Virus record (IMG/VR): IMGVR_UViG_3300037245_004196
Direction: 5' to 3' (one strand)
Source of the DNA: an uncultured virus (IMG/VR IMGVR_UViG_3300037245_004196)
Taxonomy: Duplodnaviria > Heunggongvirae > Uroviricota > Caudoviricetes
DNA: 20,000 nucleotides
In this document: one piece after another, positions 9,144 through 16,612 of the stretch
How positions within the stretch are numbered: the first letter of the stretch is position 1
Layout: each line of letters starts with the position of its first letter
Notes under the pieces: model-generated
Databases searched by the model: none
What the model was told of the DNA's origin: nothing
What the model saw: only the letters and a program-made list of their open reading frames with translations
Position numbers and translations under genes: made by a program

Positions 9144-9291
9144 AACCTTAACTGAATTATTGGAAGAAGAACAAAAAACAAGATTAGCACATGCAAAATC
9201 TTTCATGAACAAAATACTGAAAGAATTCTTTGACAAAGAATGTCCAGAATTTAAAGGCAAATATGAGATTGTATGGAGAGATATAGAATGA
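9136..9291 (+). CDS. Small hypothetical protein (51 aa)
   Basis: Read by hand; GGAG RBS; ATGA overlap with the MTase. Confidence 0.55.
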   Translation: MAKTLTELLEEEQKTRLAHAKSFMNKILKEFFDKECPEFKGKYEIVWRDIE

Positions 9292-9938
9292 AAATCTTAA
9301 ATCTGTTTGCAGGAATCGGAGGTAACCGGACCCTTTGGGGTGACCAACATGAAATCACCGCGGTAGAATATGATTCAGAAATTGCACAAATTTACCAGGA
9401 AAGATTTCCCGGAGACACTATGATTATAGGTGATGCTTTAGAATATGTGCGTGACCATCTTGATGAATATGATTTGATATGGGCATCTCCCTCATGTGTC
9501 ACCCATTCTCGCCTGAATATACCAACCTCTGCCCAACATGGGTGTTTACCTCCCATTCCTGATGACCGAACATTATATGGTTTAATTCGATGGTTAAAAA
9601 AATTCCATAGGGGAATGTGGGTTGTGGAAAATACTATGGATTACCTGGGTTTTTTGATTCAACCAACATGTAAATATGGAAGACATTATTTTTGGGCCAA
9701 TTTTAATATTCCACAAAAAATATTTGCACCACTTCATGATATGGATCACAAATCATGGAGACAATTATGTGTCTTTCATCAAATAGATCCAGAGACCATT
9801 CCTTATATGAAATGGAAAAGAAATAATGATAAAAGAAGAACAGTTCTCCGGAATTGTGTTGATTATCATATCGGAAAATATATTCTGGATTGTGCCATTA
9901 AACCTAAACAAAAAACCATGATAGAATTTTTTCAATAA
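9288..9938 (+). CDS. DNA cytosine-C5 methyltransferase (short phage type) with C-terminal PIP box
   Basis: LNLFAGIGG (motif I), AVEYD, WASPSC (IV), VVEN (VI), GRHYFWANF, LRNCV (X). C-terminal QKTMIEFF. Confidence 0.88.
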   Translation: MKILNLFAGIGGNRTLWGDQHEITAVEYDSEIAQIYQERFPGDTMIIGDALEYVRDHLDEYDLIWASPSCVTHSRLNIPTSAQHGCLPPIPDDRTLYGLIRWLKKFHRGMWVVENTMDYLGFLIQPTCKYGRHYFWANFNIPQKIFAPLHDMDHKSWRQLCVFHQIDPETIPYMKWKRNNDKRRTVLRNCVDYHIGKYILDCAIKPKQKTMIEFFQ

Positions 9939-9942
9939 AAAG

Positions 9943-9973
9943 AAAAAAAACGCGCCCAAGAGACCTGAGCGCG
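9943..9973 (-). terminator. GC hairpin plus U-tract terminator for the leftward block
   Basis: Minus-strand RNA reads CGCGCUCAGG-UCU-CUUGGGCGCG-U8: a 10-bp stem completed by two G.U pairs only on the minus strand. Confidence 0.75.
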
Positions 9974-10030
9974 CCAAAAAATGAAAAATTATAAATAAGC
10001 ATAAAATATCCATATTAAAAAAAAGAAAGC

Positions 10031-10141
10031 CTAAAATGATGATACTTTGCGAGCTTTCGTAATTACTTTCCTGGGTTTTTTTGATGATTTTCGATTTTTA
10101 GAAGTCCGCGCTTTTTTTCCTGTTGATCCTTTTTTGGCCAT
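10031..10141 (-). CDS. 36-aa highly basic peptide, histone-H3-tail-like
   Basis: Read by hand: MAKKGSTGKKARTSKNRKSSKKPRKVITKARKVSSF. TAATG overlap with the upstream gene, GGAG upstream, T-tract downstream. Confidence 0.65.
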   Translation of the reverse strand: MAKKGSTGKKARTSKNRKSSKKPRKVITKARKVSSF

Positions 10142-10341
10142 TATTTTTCTTCTCCAAATATTAAATTCATTGCATTTGCGATATTAAGATATGAATCCTT
10201 ATACTTTAATCCACATAAAAAACCACACTTATTACAGTTTAACCGCCAATATTTTACGTCTTCATTCAAAGAGACATAAACAGTATGTCCGCATGTAGGA
10301 CAAAAACTTGTTATAGTTAAGCAAAAATCCATTTCACTCAT
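10141..10341 (-). CDS. Zn-ribbon protein
   Basis: CPTCG...CNKCGF; start moved to ATG 10341. Confidence 0.65.
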   Translation of the reverse strand: MSEMDFCLTITSFCPTCGHTVYVSLNEDVKYWRLNCNKCGFLCGLKYKDSYLNIANAMNLIFGEEK

Positions 10342-10486
10342 CTTTTTTCTTTTCTCCATTTGTATTTTTCTTTTTATATTTGAGACATTTAGCACAATCA
10401 TTATAACCAAGTTCACAGAAATATACTGGTTCAAGATAGGTTCGTCCTATATTATCTTTAAGATGAATACAAGTTGTATCAATCAT
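10334..10486 (-). CDS. Small Cys-containing protein (50 aa)
   Basis: Read by hand: MIDTTCIH...FCELGYNDCAKC...; GGTGA RBS. Confidence 0.55.
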   Translation of the reverse strand: MIDTTCIHLKDNIGRTYLEPVYFCELGYNDCAKCLKYKKKNTNGEKKKDE

Positions 10487-10769
10487 TCTTTTCACCATTC
10501 ATTTCTTTTTTAAATTTTAAATCTAATTCCTTCACAACTAAAACTAATCTTCTCAGATTAAATTTAGCATTGAAACCATCATCAAATTCAGAATAACTAT
10601 CTAAATCTTTCAGAATTTCTTCAATATTTTGCTGAATTGTTTTTGGATTACATTCTTTTTGATGTTTCTCTTTTAACTCTGAAAAAAGGGAATGTGAGAA
10701 AGCTTGAACCAAGGTTCGACATTTATCACAAGTCCAATTATACGCGCTTGAATGTTTATTCCAATTCAT
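10479..10769 (-). CDS. Hypothetical protein with CxxC...HxxxC finger
   Basis: CDKC...HQKEC; GGTGA RBS. Confidence 0.6.
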   Translation of the reverse strand: MNWNKHSSAYNWTCDKCRTLVQAFSHSLFSELKEKHQKECNPKTIQQNIEEILKDLDSYSEFDDGFNAKFNLRRLVLVVKELDLKFKKEMNGEKND

Positions 10770-10974
10770 GTTTTTCACCAATTTTCATTATATTCATTTC
10801 TTTAAAACTAATTTCCCCTTCTCTTATTGCTTCATGAATATCTGCTATATCTGAATAATTAAAATAAACTACAGCCTTTTTTTTAGCTTTATGTAAAGTT
10901 GTAGCTCTAATTATAACTAATGGCCCTTCTTCATATTCTGATAATAGAAAGTATTTAGTTTTTATTTTTCCCAT
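10756..10974 (-). CDS. Hypothetical protein
   Basis: GGTGA RBS before ATG 10974. Confidence 0.6.
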   Translation of the reverse strand: MGKIKTKYFLLSEYEEGPLVIIRATTLHKAKKKAVVYFNYSDIADIHEAIREGEISFKEMNIMKIGEKHELE

Positions 10975-11006
10975 TGTTTTCACCATTCTTTTTTATTAAA
11001 AAAAGA

Positions 11007-12218
11007 TTAGACATTGACCATAATGAATTGTTGTTCAAGATAATAGATGTTGACCTTAAGATCATACACGTCATCAATTTGATTATCAATATCTTGATTC
11101 AATTTTCGCATTGCTTCAATCGTTTTATTCGCTTTTTCCCAATCTCCCTTTGAAACCTGTTTTTGAGCGCGCTTTTTACTTTTCGTTAATTTATTTCTTT
11201 TACCCGTAATTAATTTGTTTCTTTCAATCAGAAGATCAGAAAAATCTTTCATTTCGATTTCAATTCCCTCAAGTTCAAGCTCTTTCTTTTCCATTTCTTC
11301 ATTAAATTCAAGATCATTACTGATTTCCCGATCTATTTTGGTTATTTCGTCTTCTTCTTTTGGACGGCCATAATCATCATAATCATCGTCTTCTTCCTCG
11401 TCTTCTTCAACCCTTGGAGCCAAGAAATAATTTAAATGGGATTGACCAAACAACTTAACTTCAATTTTTAAGGGAACATCAGTTCTTAGAGATAAATCAA
11501 CACTCGCGGATTTATATGCTTTTGAATTAGGTGTCCCAAAAATTAAACCAGATTTAAGAACCTGATTTAGAAATGAGAGTGCAAAGACACCCTGAGAATC
11601 ATTACATACATCAAAATTATTCAATTGATCGCTTTTCATTACATTTTTATATTTTCCCATAGTTCCATTATTTGAGAAGATAACACTTTCGTCTTTTACT
11701 TCAATTTCTAATACGTCCGCGACAACGTCTGCGTCCCCCACTATTTCTTTAAGATCCACAAAATTCATATTAAGGGAATTATCAAATTCCATCTCTATTA
11801 GGCCATTCATTTCTAAATCTTCTTCTTCTACTTCAATATGACCCAAACTAAAATTTCGCGATTTTTTCCGGCTTTCATTCTTAAAGATAATATTCAAATA
11901 TTTATTTTGAGAAAAATCAAAAACCAAAGTATCATCTATTTTCCCGCGCTTTAAAAATTTGTTCAAATCACTTATGTTAATACCAACTTCAAGATCTTTC
12001 ATATATCCGAAGGAATCCATATCTTCCTTTGCAATAAAAAGATCTACTAAACAAATGTGGGAAAGATCTAAAGTAGTGAGTTTTAATCCTTCTTCTGTTA
12101 ATTTCAAAATACATTCTTCTTTGATAGAACCTACTGCATTGAATAAGGCTTGAATTTGTTTCATCCTTCCACCAATTGCAATTATTCCATTTTCTGTAAT
12201 CAAACTAAGTTTTTCCAT
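11007..12218 (-). CDS. pcn: PCNA sliding clamp with long acidic plus coiled-coil C-terminal extension
   Basis: LDLSHICLVDL, VGINISDLNKFLKR, FALSFL, DVPLKIE, YFLAPRVEE: PCNA motifs over the first ~272 aa, with ~130 extra residues after them. Confidence 0.92.
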   Translation of the reverse strand: MEKLSLITENGIIAIGGRMKQIQALFNAVGSIKEECILKLTEEGLKLTTLDLSHICLVDLFIAKEDMDSFGYMKDLEVGINISDLNKFLKRGKIDDTLVFDFSQNKYLNIIFKNESRKKSRNFSLGHIEVEEEDLEMNGLIEMEFDNSLNMNFVDLKEIVGDADVVADVLEIEVKDESVIFSNNGTMGKYKNVMKSDQLNNFDVCNDSQGVFALSFLNQVLKSGLIFGTPNSKAYKSASVDLSLRTDVPLKIEVKLFGQSHLNYFLAPRVEEDEEEDDDYDDYGRPKEEDEITKIDREISNDLEFNEEMEKKELELEGIEIEMKDFSDLLIERNKLITGKRNKLTKSKKRAQKQVSKGDWEKANKTIEAMRKLNQDIDNQIDDVYDLKVNIYYLEQQFIMVNV

Positions 12219-12272
12219 TTTTTTTATTCTCCAATTTTTTAAAAAAAAAAGTTAATTCTTATCTAAATAGAG

Positions 12273-12334
12273 AAAGTTATACTATTTAAAGTTAATTATA
12301 TTTGTATAATTTTTTGTTATATTTGTATAACTTT
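12273..12334 (-). promoter_or_regulatory. Putative promoter/operator for pcn
   Basis: TTTAAATA on minus (12283-12290) inside a perfect 10-bp inverted repeat AAAGTTATAC/GTATAACTTT, plus direct repeat TTATATTTGTATAA x2. Confidence 0.6.
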
Positions 12335-12813
12335 TACCAATATTGAGCATAATTATATTTTTTCTGAAAGGCCACATCTAAATGAGGGTGATTTGTATAA
12401 AGCTCCCATTTGTGTCTTCGTAACCAATAAATCTTATATTTGATCATTATTGGAAGTAAACGATTAAGGTGTAAGGTCCTTAAGATATTTCGAAGGGAAG
12501 CTGTAGTTGATTTCGCAATTTTACAAGCTTTCCATTGTGTTAAATTGCATGAGAAATATAATGCAAGGGCCACAATAGCTTTATTTCTCGCGGTTCTACA
12601 TATTTTATAGAAACGTTTTTCAATATCTATAATAATTTTCCTGGTAAAAATCTCTTTCAGATTTAATTCAGGATTCTCTTTGAAAATATCAGTTAAAATT
12701 TGTTGGGAAATATCACATGATAAGACCTTACAAATTTTCCCAGGATTTGTTTCATGATTTTGTTTGAGTTTAAGAATTCCTTCTCGTCTTCTCATTAATA
12801 TTGATTTAGTCAT
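12334..12813 (-). CDS. TFB/TFIIB C-terminal cyclin-repeat/HTH-like protein
   Basis: IVALALYFSC..LTQWKACKIAKSTTASLRN resembles the TFB pattern AAALYIA...TQ.EVA..A.VT..TIRN. Confidence 0.6.
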   Translation of the reverse strand: MTKSILMRRREGILKLKQNHETNPGKICKVLSCDISQQILTDIFKENPELNLKEIFTRKIIIDIEKRFYKICRTARNKAIVALALYFSCNLTQWKACKIAKSTTASLRNILRTLHLNRLLPIMIKYKIYWLRRHKWELYTNHPHLDVAFQKKYNYAQYW

Positions 12814-13085
12814 CGTTTAATCACTCCTATCCCTTGATATTTATAACCAAATTCTAAAGGTATTACAATAATAGATTGATATTTATTTACAGCTTCTTTC
12901 ATCCATTGTAGTTCTCCACTACAAAAGCGAGGCCATCTTTCTTTTAATTCAAATGATGCAGAATAATAATCACCATAAGAATATTTTCGACCATTTTTAT
13001 CTGTTCTTGTTCTTCGAACTAATACATGGCCTTTAAAGATAATCGCAGAAATTCCGGACCATTTAGGCGTTTCTAAAACTATCAT
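12810..13085 (-). CDS. Hypothetical protein
   Basis: GGAGG RBS; ATGA overlaps. Confidence 0.65.
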   Translation of the reverse strand: MIVLETPKWSGISAIIFKGHVLVRRTRTDKNGRKYSYGDYYSASFELKERWPRFCSGELQWMKEAVNKYQSIIVIPLEFGYKYQGIGVIKR

Positions 13086-13426
13086 ATTTTAACCTCCTTT
13101 TCTTTTTTCTTTTCAAAATTAATCAAATAACCCTCGTCATCAAACACTTGCTCATAATTTCCCAGGTCGATCCCGTCCGGAATTTTAGAAATATTTAATT
13201 CTAAAATTAATTGGAATATTTTCTTTTTATTTTTCCTCGCAATTTTCTTTTTGTAAAAACCATTAATTAACTCAATAATTAATGAATTGCGCGTTTCTAT
13301 TTGGTCATCTGTAAATATATTCATTTTCTGATTTTCGGTTAAAATACCAGAATCTATTAGATTTTTAGAGATAGAAAGATAATATTGTTTGATTTTTGTT
13401 CCATGTGTTAAGATTTTTTTTTCCAT
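13082..13426 (-). CDS. Possible AbrB/SpoVT-like DNA-binding protein
   Basis: N-terminal QYYLSISKNLIDSGILTENQKMNI fits a swapped-hairpin pattern. Confidence 0.45.
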   Translation of the reverse strand: MEKKILTHGTKIKQYYLSISKNLIDSGILTENQKMNIFTDDQIETRNSLIIELINGFYKKKIARKNKKKIFQLILELNISKIPDGIDLGNYEQVFDDEGYLINFEKKKEKEVKI

Positions 13427-13455
13427 TTTATTCACTATTTTTAGTTTTAAAAAAA

Positions 13456-13947
13456 TTAAATATTGTGATGGTTCGCTAATTTTTCAAGGCCAAGCTCCCA
13501 CATTTTTCTATGGGCCATAAAAACCACTTCCTCTTTGAAGAGAAAAGTATCTCCTTTTTTAAGAGAAATCAACCTTTGAGGCATTGGTGATTGAGTAAAA
13601 TCTAAAGTTGTGGTTATTTTTGACAATAGTTGGTACTCAATATTATGCGTTTTCCATTTTTCTAAGATTTTTTCATAATATTTTTCATCTGAAAGATCAA
13701 GGTTATTATGACAAAAATTAAAAATTTCGCGTTCTACATACAATATTGCATCAAAATCATCAAATTTTAATGAAGCTTCACCGAAAGAAAAAATCTGAAA
13801 CATTCTTTCTGAATTATTAGTAAATATTATTTCTATATTTGAATATTCTTTCATTATTTCAGTTTTTAAAAGATCATAATTAAAAAATTTGGCTTTATGA
13901 CCAATAAAAGAAGGATCTTTAGAAATTTGGAGGGTGATTTTAGTCAT
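13456..13947 (-). CDS. Hypothetical protein
   Basis: 163-aa ORF; GAGGGG upstream. Confidence 0.65.
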   Translation of the reverse strand: MTKITLQISKDPSFIGHKAKFFNYDLLKTEIMKEYSNIEIIFTNNSERMFQIFSFGEASLKFDDFDAILYVEREIFNFCHNNLDLSDEKYYEKILEKWKTHNIEYQLLSKITTTLDFTQSPMPQRLISLKKGDTFLFKEEVVFMAHRKMWELGLEKLANHHNI

Positions 13948-14227
13948 TACTTTCCCCTCTTATCTCTTTAATGTATGGATGGGATTCAATTAAGGTTTTA
14001 ATTTGACCCGCGATTATTTTTAAATCCCCCCATTCTTCCGCATGTAATCTACAAGCTAAACCATAAGCTTTCGAGATCGTATAAATATCTCTCGTTTTAC
14101 TTGATTTTGATCGTAATTTAATAGTATTCCGCATTTCTCGTAAAATTTCTCCGAGAATCGTTCGCCTTTCATCTAATTTAATACCATTTTGAACGATTTG
14201 ATTCACAATTAACGTTTTTTGCACCAT
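13940..14227 (-). CDS. Hypothetical protein
   Basis: Start moved to ATG 14227 (MVQKTL). Confidence 0.6.
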   Translation of the reverse strand: MVQKTLIVNQIVQNGIKLDERRTILGEILREMRNTIKLRSKSSKTRDIYTISKAYGLACRLHAEEWGDLKIIAGQIKTLIESHPYIKEIRGESND

Positions 14228-14228
14228 A

Positions 14229-14375
14229 TTAACCACACACCTTAATTTGTTTGATTTCATTTAGTGGAATATTTCCAGAAGTGATATCGTCTTCAAAATA
14301 TAGTATTTCTTCTTCTTTCCAACAATCCACCACTTCCATTAGTGACCCATCAATGAATGTTATGAGAAAGACCAT
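14229..14375 (-). CDS. Small beta-rich hypothetical protein (48 aa)
   Basis: Read by hand: MVFLITFIDGS...IPLNEIKQIKVCG; GGAGGTG RBS; TGATG overlap. Confidence 0.6.
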   Translation of the reverse strand: MVFLITFIDGSLMEVVDCWKEEEILYFEDDITSGNIPLNEIKQIKVCG

Positions 14376-14623
14376 CAAAAAACACCTCCACGTTCATTTA
14401 ATACCATATCATAAGTGATAAGAGATTTATGAACCACAAAATAGTCTTCTTCTTCAATATTTTCCTCGTGATGCATTGGACTAATTGACTCTCCTTCTTC
14501 AAGTAAAAACTTAACCTGTTCTTCCACTTTTGCAATATATGAAAGAGAAGATCGTAATTGTACAGATTTTAAAGGAGAATCTATAACAAAAACAATCATC
14601 CCGATTCGTTCAAGAATGACCAT
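14375..14623 (-). CDS. Hypothetical protein
   Basis: GGAGG RBS; TAATG overlap. Confidence 0.6.
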   Translation of the reverse strand: MVILERIGMIVFVIDSPLKSVQLRSSLSYIAKVEEQVKFLLEEGESISPMHHEENIEEEDYFVVHKSLITYDMVLNERGGVF

Positions 14624-14802
14624 TAATACCCCCTCCCATAATCACAACATTGACAGTCTTCCCCACCACATCCATCACAAGGATTATATTTTTTTGCTTT
14701 TTTCTTAGTTGGTGATCCTTTATAACAAGGATAACATTCTTTTTTCCACGAACTTTTAGGAATCATTGTTTCGCAACTTGCACATTTCATTTTTACTGAC
14801 AT
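14623..14802 (-). CDS. Small Cys-rich protein (59 aa, 9 Cys)
   Basis: Read by hand: CASC...CYPC...CDGC...CQCC; GGTGA RBS. Confidence 0.65.
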   Translation of the reverse strand: MSVKMKCASCETMIPKSSWKKECYPCYKGSPTKKKAKKYNPCDGCGGEDCQCCDYGRGY

Positions 14803-14903
14803 TTTTTTTCACCATTGAGTTTTTGTAAAAAAAGAATAATTTGCACGAGAGAACTTTCATAAATCTGAAAATTTACCGTTATTGGTGTTTGAGTTTTTTC
14901 CAT
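14793..14903 (-). CDS. Small hypothetical protein (36 aa)
   Basis: Read by hand; GTGA RBS; fills the gap. Confidence 0.4.
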   Translation of the reverse strand: MEKTQTPITVNFQIYESSLVQIILFLQKLNGEKKCQ

Positions 14904-14908
14904 TTTGA

Positions 14909-15085
14909 TCACTTATTTGAATCAAAGGGACATTTCATCCAACAAGGTTCCCCTTTATCATTTTCAGATGGTTCGCAGTCACCCATAGGTTCATCTGATA
15001 AATCCATAGACCTTCTTGTTTGAAGACAAGCTAAATCATTATCGCGTTGAATTCCGTTAATATATGATGAGTAAGATTGTGGCAT
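14909..15085 (-). CDS. Small hypothetical protein
   Basis: GTGA RBS before ATG 15085. Confidence 0.5.
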   Translation of the reverse strand: MPQSYSSYINGIQRDNDLACLQTRRSMDLSDEPMGDCEPSENDKGEPCWMKCPFDSNK

Positions 15086-15124
15086 ATTTTTTTTCACTTT
15101 TTCCGGTTTTGTTATTAAAAAAAA

Positions 15125-15382
15125 TTAAACATATTGAACTTCAAAATTACCAAATTCGATTTTTTGTGAGTTTAAATAATTCATTACATTTTTTAATACC
15201 AAAAAGGCAAATTCGGGATCGTTGATTGTCACTACATCGATTTCAACAATCATTTTACAATTACATGCTTTTCCTGTTTTTACAGCTTTAATTGTTTGAT
15301 AAGAATAAATTCTATCAAATTTACTCATTTCAGAAGAATTTTTCCGCAGTTGGATTAAGAAGGGTTGGATGTGGTTTATCAT
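15125..15382 (-). CDS. Hypothetical protein
   Basis: GTGA RBS; ORF track. Confidence 0.6.
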   Translation of the reverse strand: MINHIQPFLIQLRKNSSEMSKFDRIYSYQTIKAVKTGKACNCKMIVEIDVVTINDPEFAFLVLKNVMNYLNSQKIEFGNFEVQYV

Positions 15383-15401
15383 AGTTTTTCACTTGTTTTT
15401 T

Positions 15402-15677
15402 TCATTTTTTAGTTTTAAAAAATAATTCCGTACGTTCCTCTAAACTTAAATTTTGCATTCTTTTCTCCATTTTTCTAAAAAGAAACATATATTTTTTCTG
15501 ATAAAATTCTATCAATTTATTTAACCTAATTTGTATATTTAATTCCAATTCAGACAGACCTAAATTATCATACAAATATGAATATAAAGAAGGAAATCCT
15601 GTTTTAGTTAATTCCTCTATATTTGTAGATCTCCGAATATTGCCCTCAGCAATATCTAACATTTTTGTCCACTTCAT
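15402..15677 (-). CDS. Hypothetical protein
   Basis: GGAGGTG RBS before ATG 15677. Confidence 0.6.
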   Translation of the reverse strand: MKWTKMLDIAEGNIRRSTNIEELTKTGFPSLYSYLYDNLGLSELELNIQIRLNKLIEFYQKKYMFLFRKMEKRMQNLSLEERTELFFKTKK

Positions 15678-15679
15678 AA

Positions 15680-16030
15680 TTAACACCTCCACTTCAAATA
15701 AGAAATCGGATAAGCATTTTGCACGATATTAGATTCACTGAGAAAAGCTTGAAGGGTGATTGATTTTTGCTGGTAATCTCCCGTTAATTCGTTCATATAA
15801 TCTTCTACATCAAGTACGGACATATTGGATAAGCCTATTGGGATTGGATTAGTTAAAAGGGCTTTTTCTTCTTCCAATTGCTCAAGATTTGATTCATAAA
15901 GATCAACTAAATCTTTGATGCTATTCATAATTTCGTTCGTTTCAGCACGAGCTCCTTGCTCATATAAATCTTCAATAGTGATTTCATATTGAGCAATTAT
16001 TTCGTTGATTTCTCTAAGAGTTTTTACCAT
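15680..16030 (-). CDS. Acidic coiled-coil hypothetical protein
   Basis: GTGA RBS before ATG 16030; heptad-like acidic N-terminal half. Confidence 0.6.
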   Translation of the reverse strand: MVKTLREINEIIAQYEITIEDLYEQGARAETNEIMNSIKDLVDLYESNLEQLEEEKALLTNPIPIGLSNMSVLDVEDYMNELTGDYQQKSITLQAFLSESNIVQNAYPISYLKWRC

Positions 16031-16072
16031 TTTTTTCACGGGGTTTTTTTGAGTTTTATTTTATTAAAAAAA

Positions 16073-16354
16073 TTATAATTCATATTGGATAGATTGAGAG
16101 AAAGCTGCTAAAAAATCTCCATAATTCACAAATTTTAAAGTCTTGTTAGAATGGGCTAATTTGAAGAATGCTTTCACGCGCAAAAATGCTTGGCCCTTAT
16201 TATCTAATTGTGTAGGTGATAATTTTACAATCCCTTTATAATTAAGTTCCATACTATGAATTAAATTATTGAATTGTGCGATTCTGAGATATTCGATAGA
16301 ATCGGAGTTAATTAAGCCATGTTTTTTAGTGTTAAGAAAGTGGGATTGTGCCAT
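16073..16354 (-). CDS. Hypothetical protein, first gene of the leftward block
   Basis: GTGA RBS; ORF track. Confidence 0.6.
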   Translation of the reverse strand: MAQSHFLNTKKHGLINSDSIEYLRIAQFNNLIHSMELNYKGIVKLSPTQLDNKGQAFLRVKAFFKLAHSNKTLKFVNYGDFLAAFSQSIQYEL

Positions 16355-16421
16355 ATTTTTTCACGAGTTTTTTTTTTGTGCGACAAGTTATAATTGTTTA
16401 ACTTCTAATCTTATTATCGTT

Positions 16422-16441
16422 CGAAAGTATTTAAACTTATG
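16422..16441 (-). promoter_or_regulatory. Putative archaeal TATA box for the leftward block
   Basis: TTTAAATA (16428-16435, minus) about 75 nt upstream of ATG 16354. CGAAAG-TATTTAAA on plus also fits BRE-TATA, so direction is uncertain. Confidence 0.5.
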
Positions 16442-16449
16442 CATAAAAT

Positions 16450-16612
16450 TATCCCTAAAATATTGCATCTATTCCCCATAATTCCACTTTAATCTACTTA
16501 AATTCCCACTGTTTTAATGGCCCCAAATCCCACTTTTATTCACTCCATATTCAACATTAATTCACTTTTTATTCGCTCTTAATTCGTGCTTAATCTGCCT
16601 AAATTCGTTATT
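16450..16612 (+). repeat. Degenerate 10-11-bp tandem repeat array (approx. WATTCRCTYWT)
   Basis: Units start at 16526, 16537, 16548, 16559, 16570, 16581, 16592 and 16602, with looser copies from about 16450. Confidence 0.7.

Noticed and set aside
528..10013. Minus-strand ORFs in the track (528-740, 1473-1670, 1636-1872, 1817-2101, 2352-2534, 4847-5029, 4930-5133, 5232-5417, 6670-6888, 6916-7107, 7028-7243, 7916-8209, 9765-10013) and + strand 7035-7259
   Set aside because: They are shadows of better-supported, RBS-bearing, coupled + strand genes and have no recognisable motifs.
16450..16612. Possible CRISPR or mini-CRISPR array
   Set aside because: Units are degenerate 11-mers with no unique spacers, and no cas genes are present.
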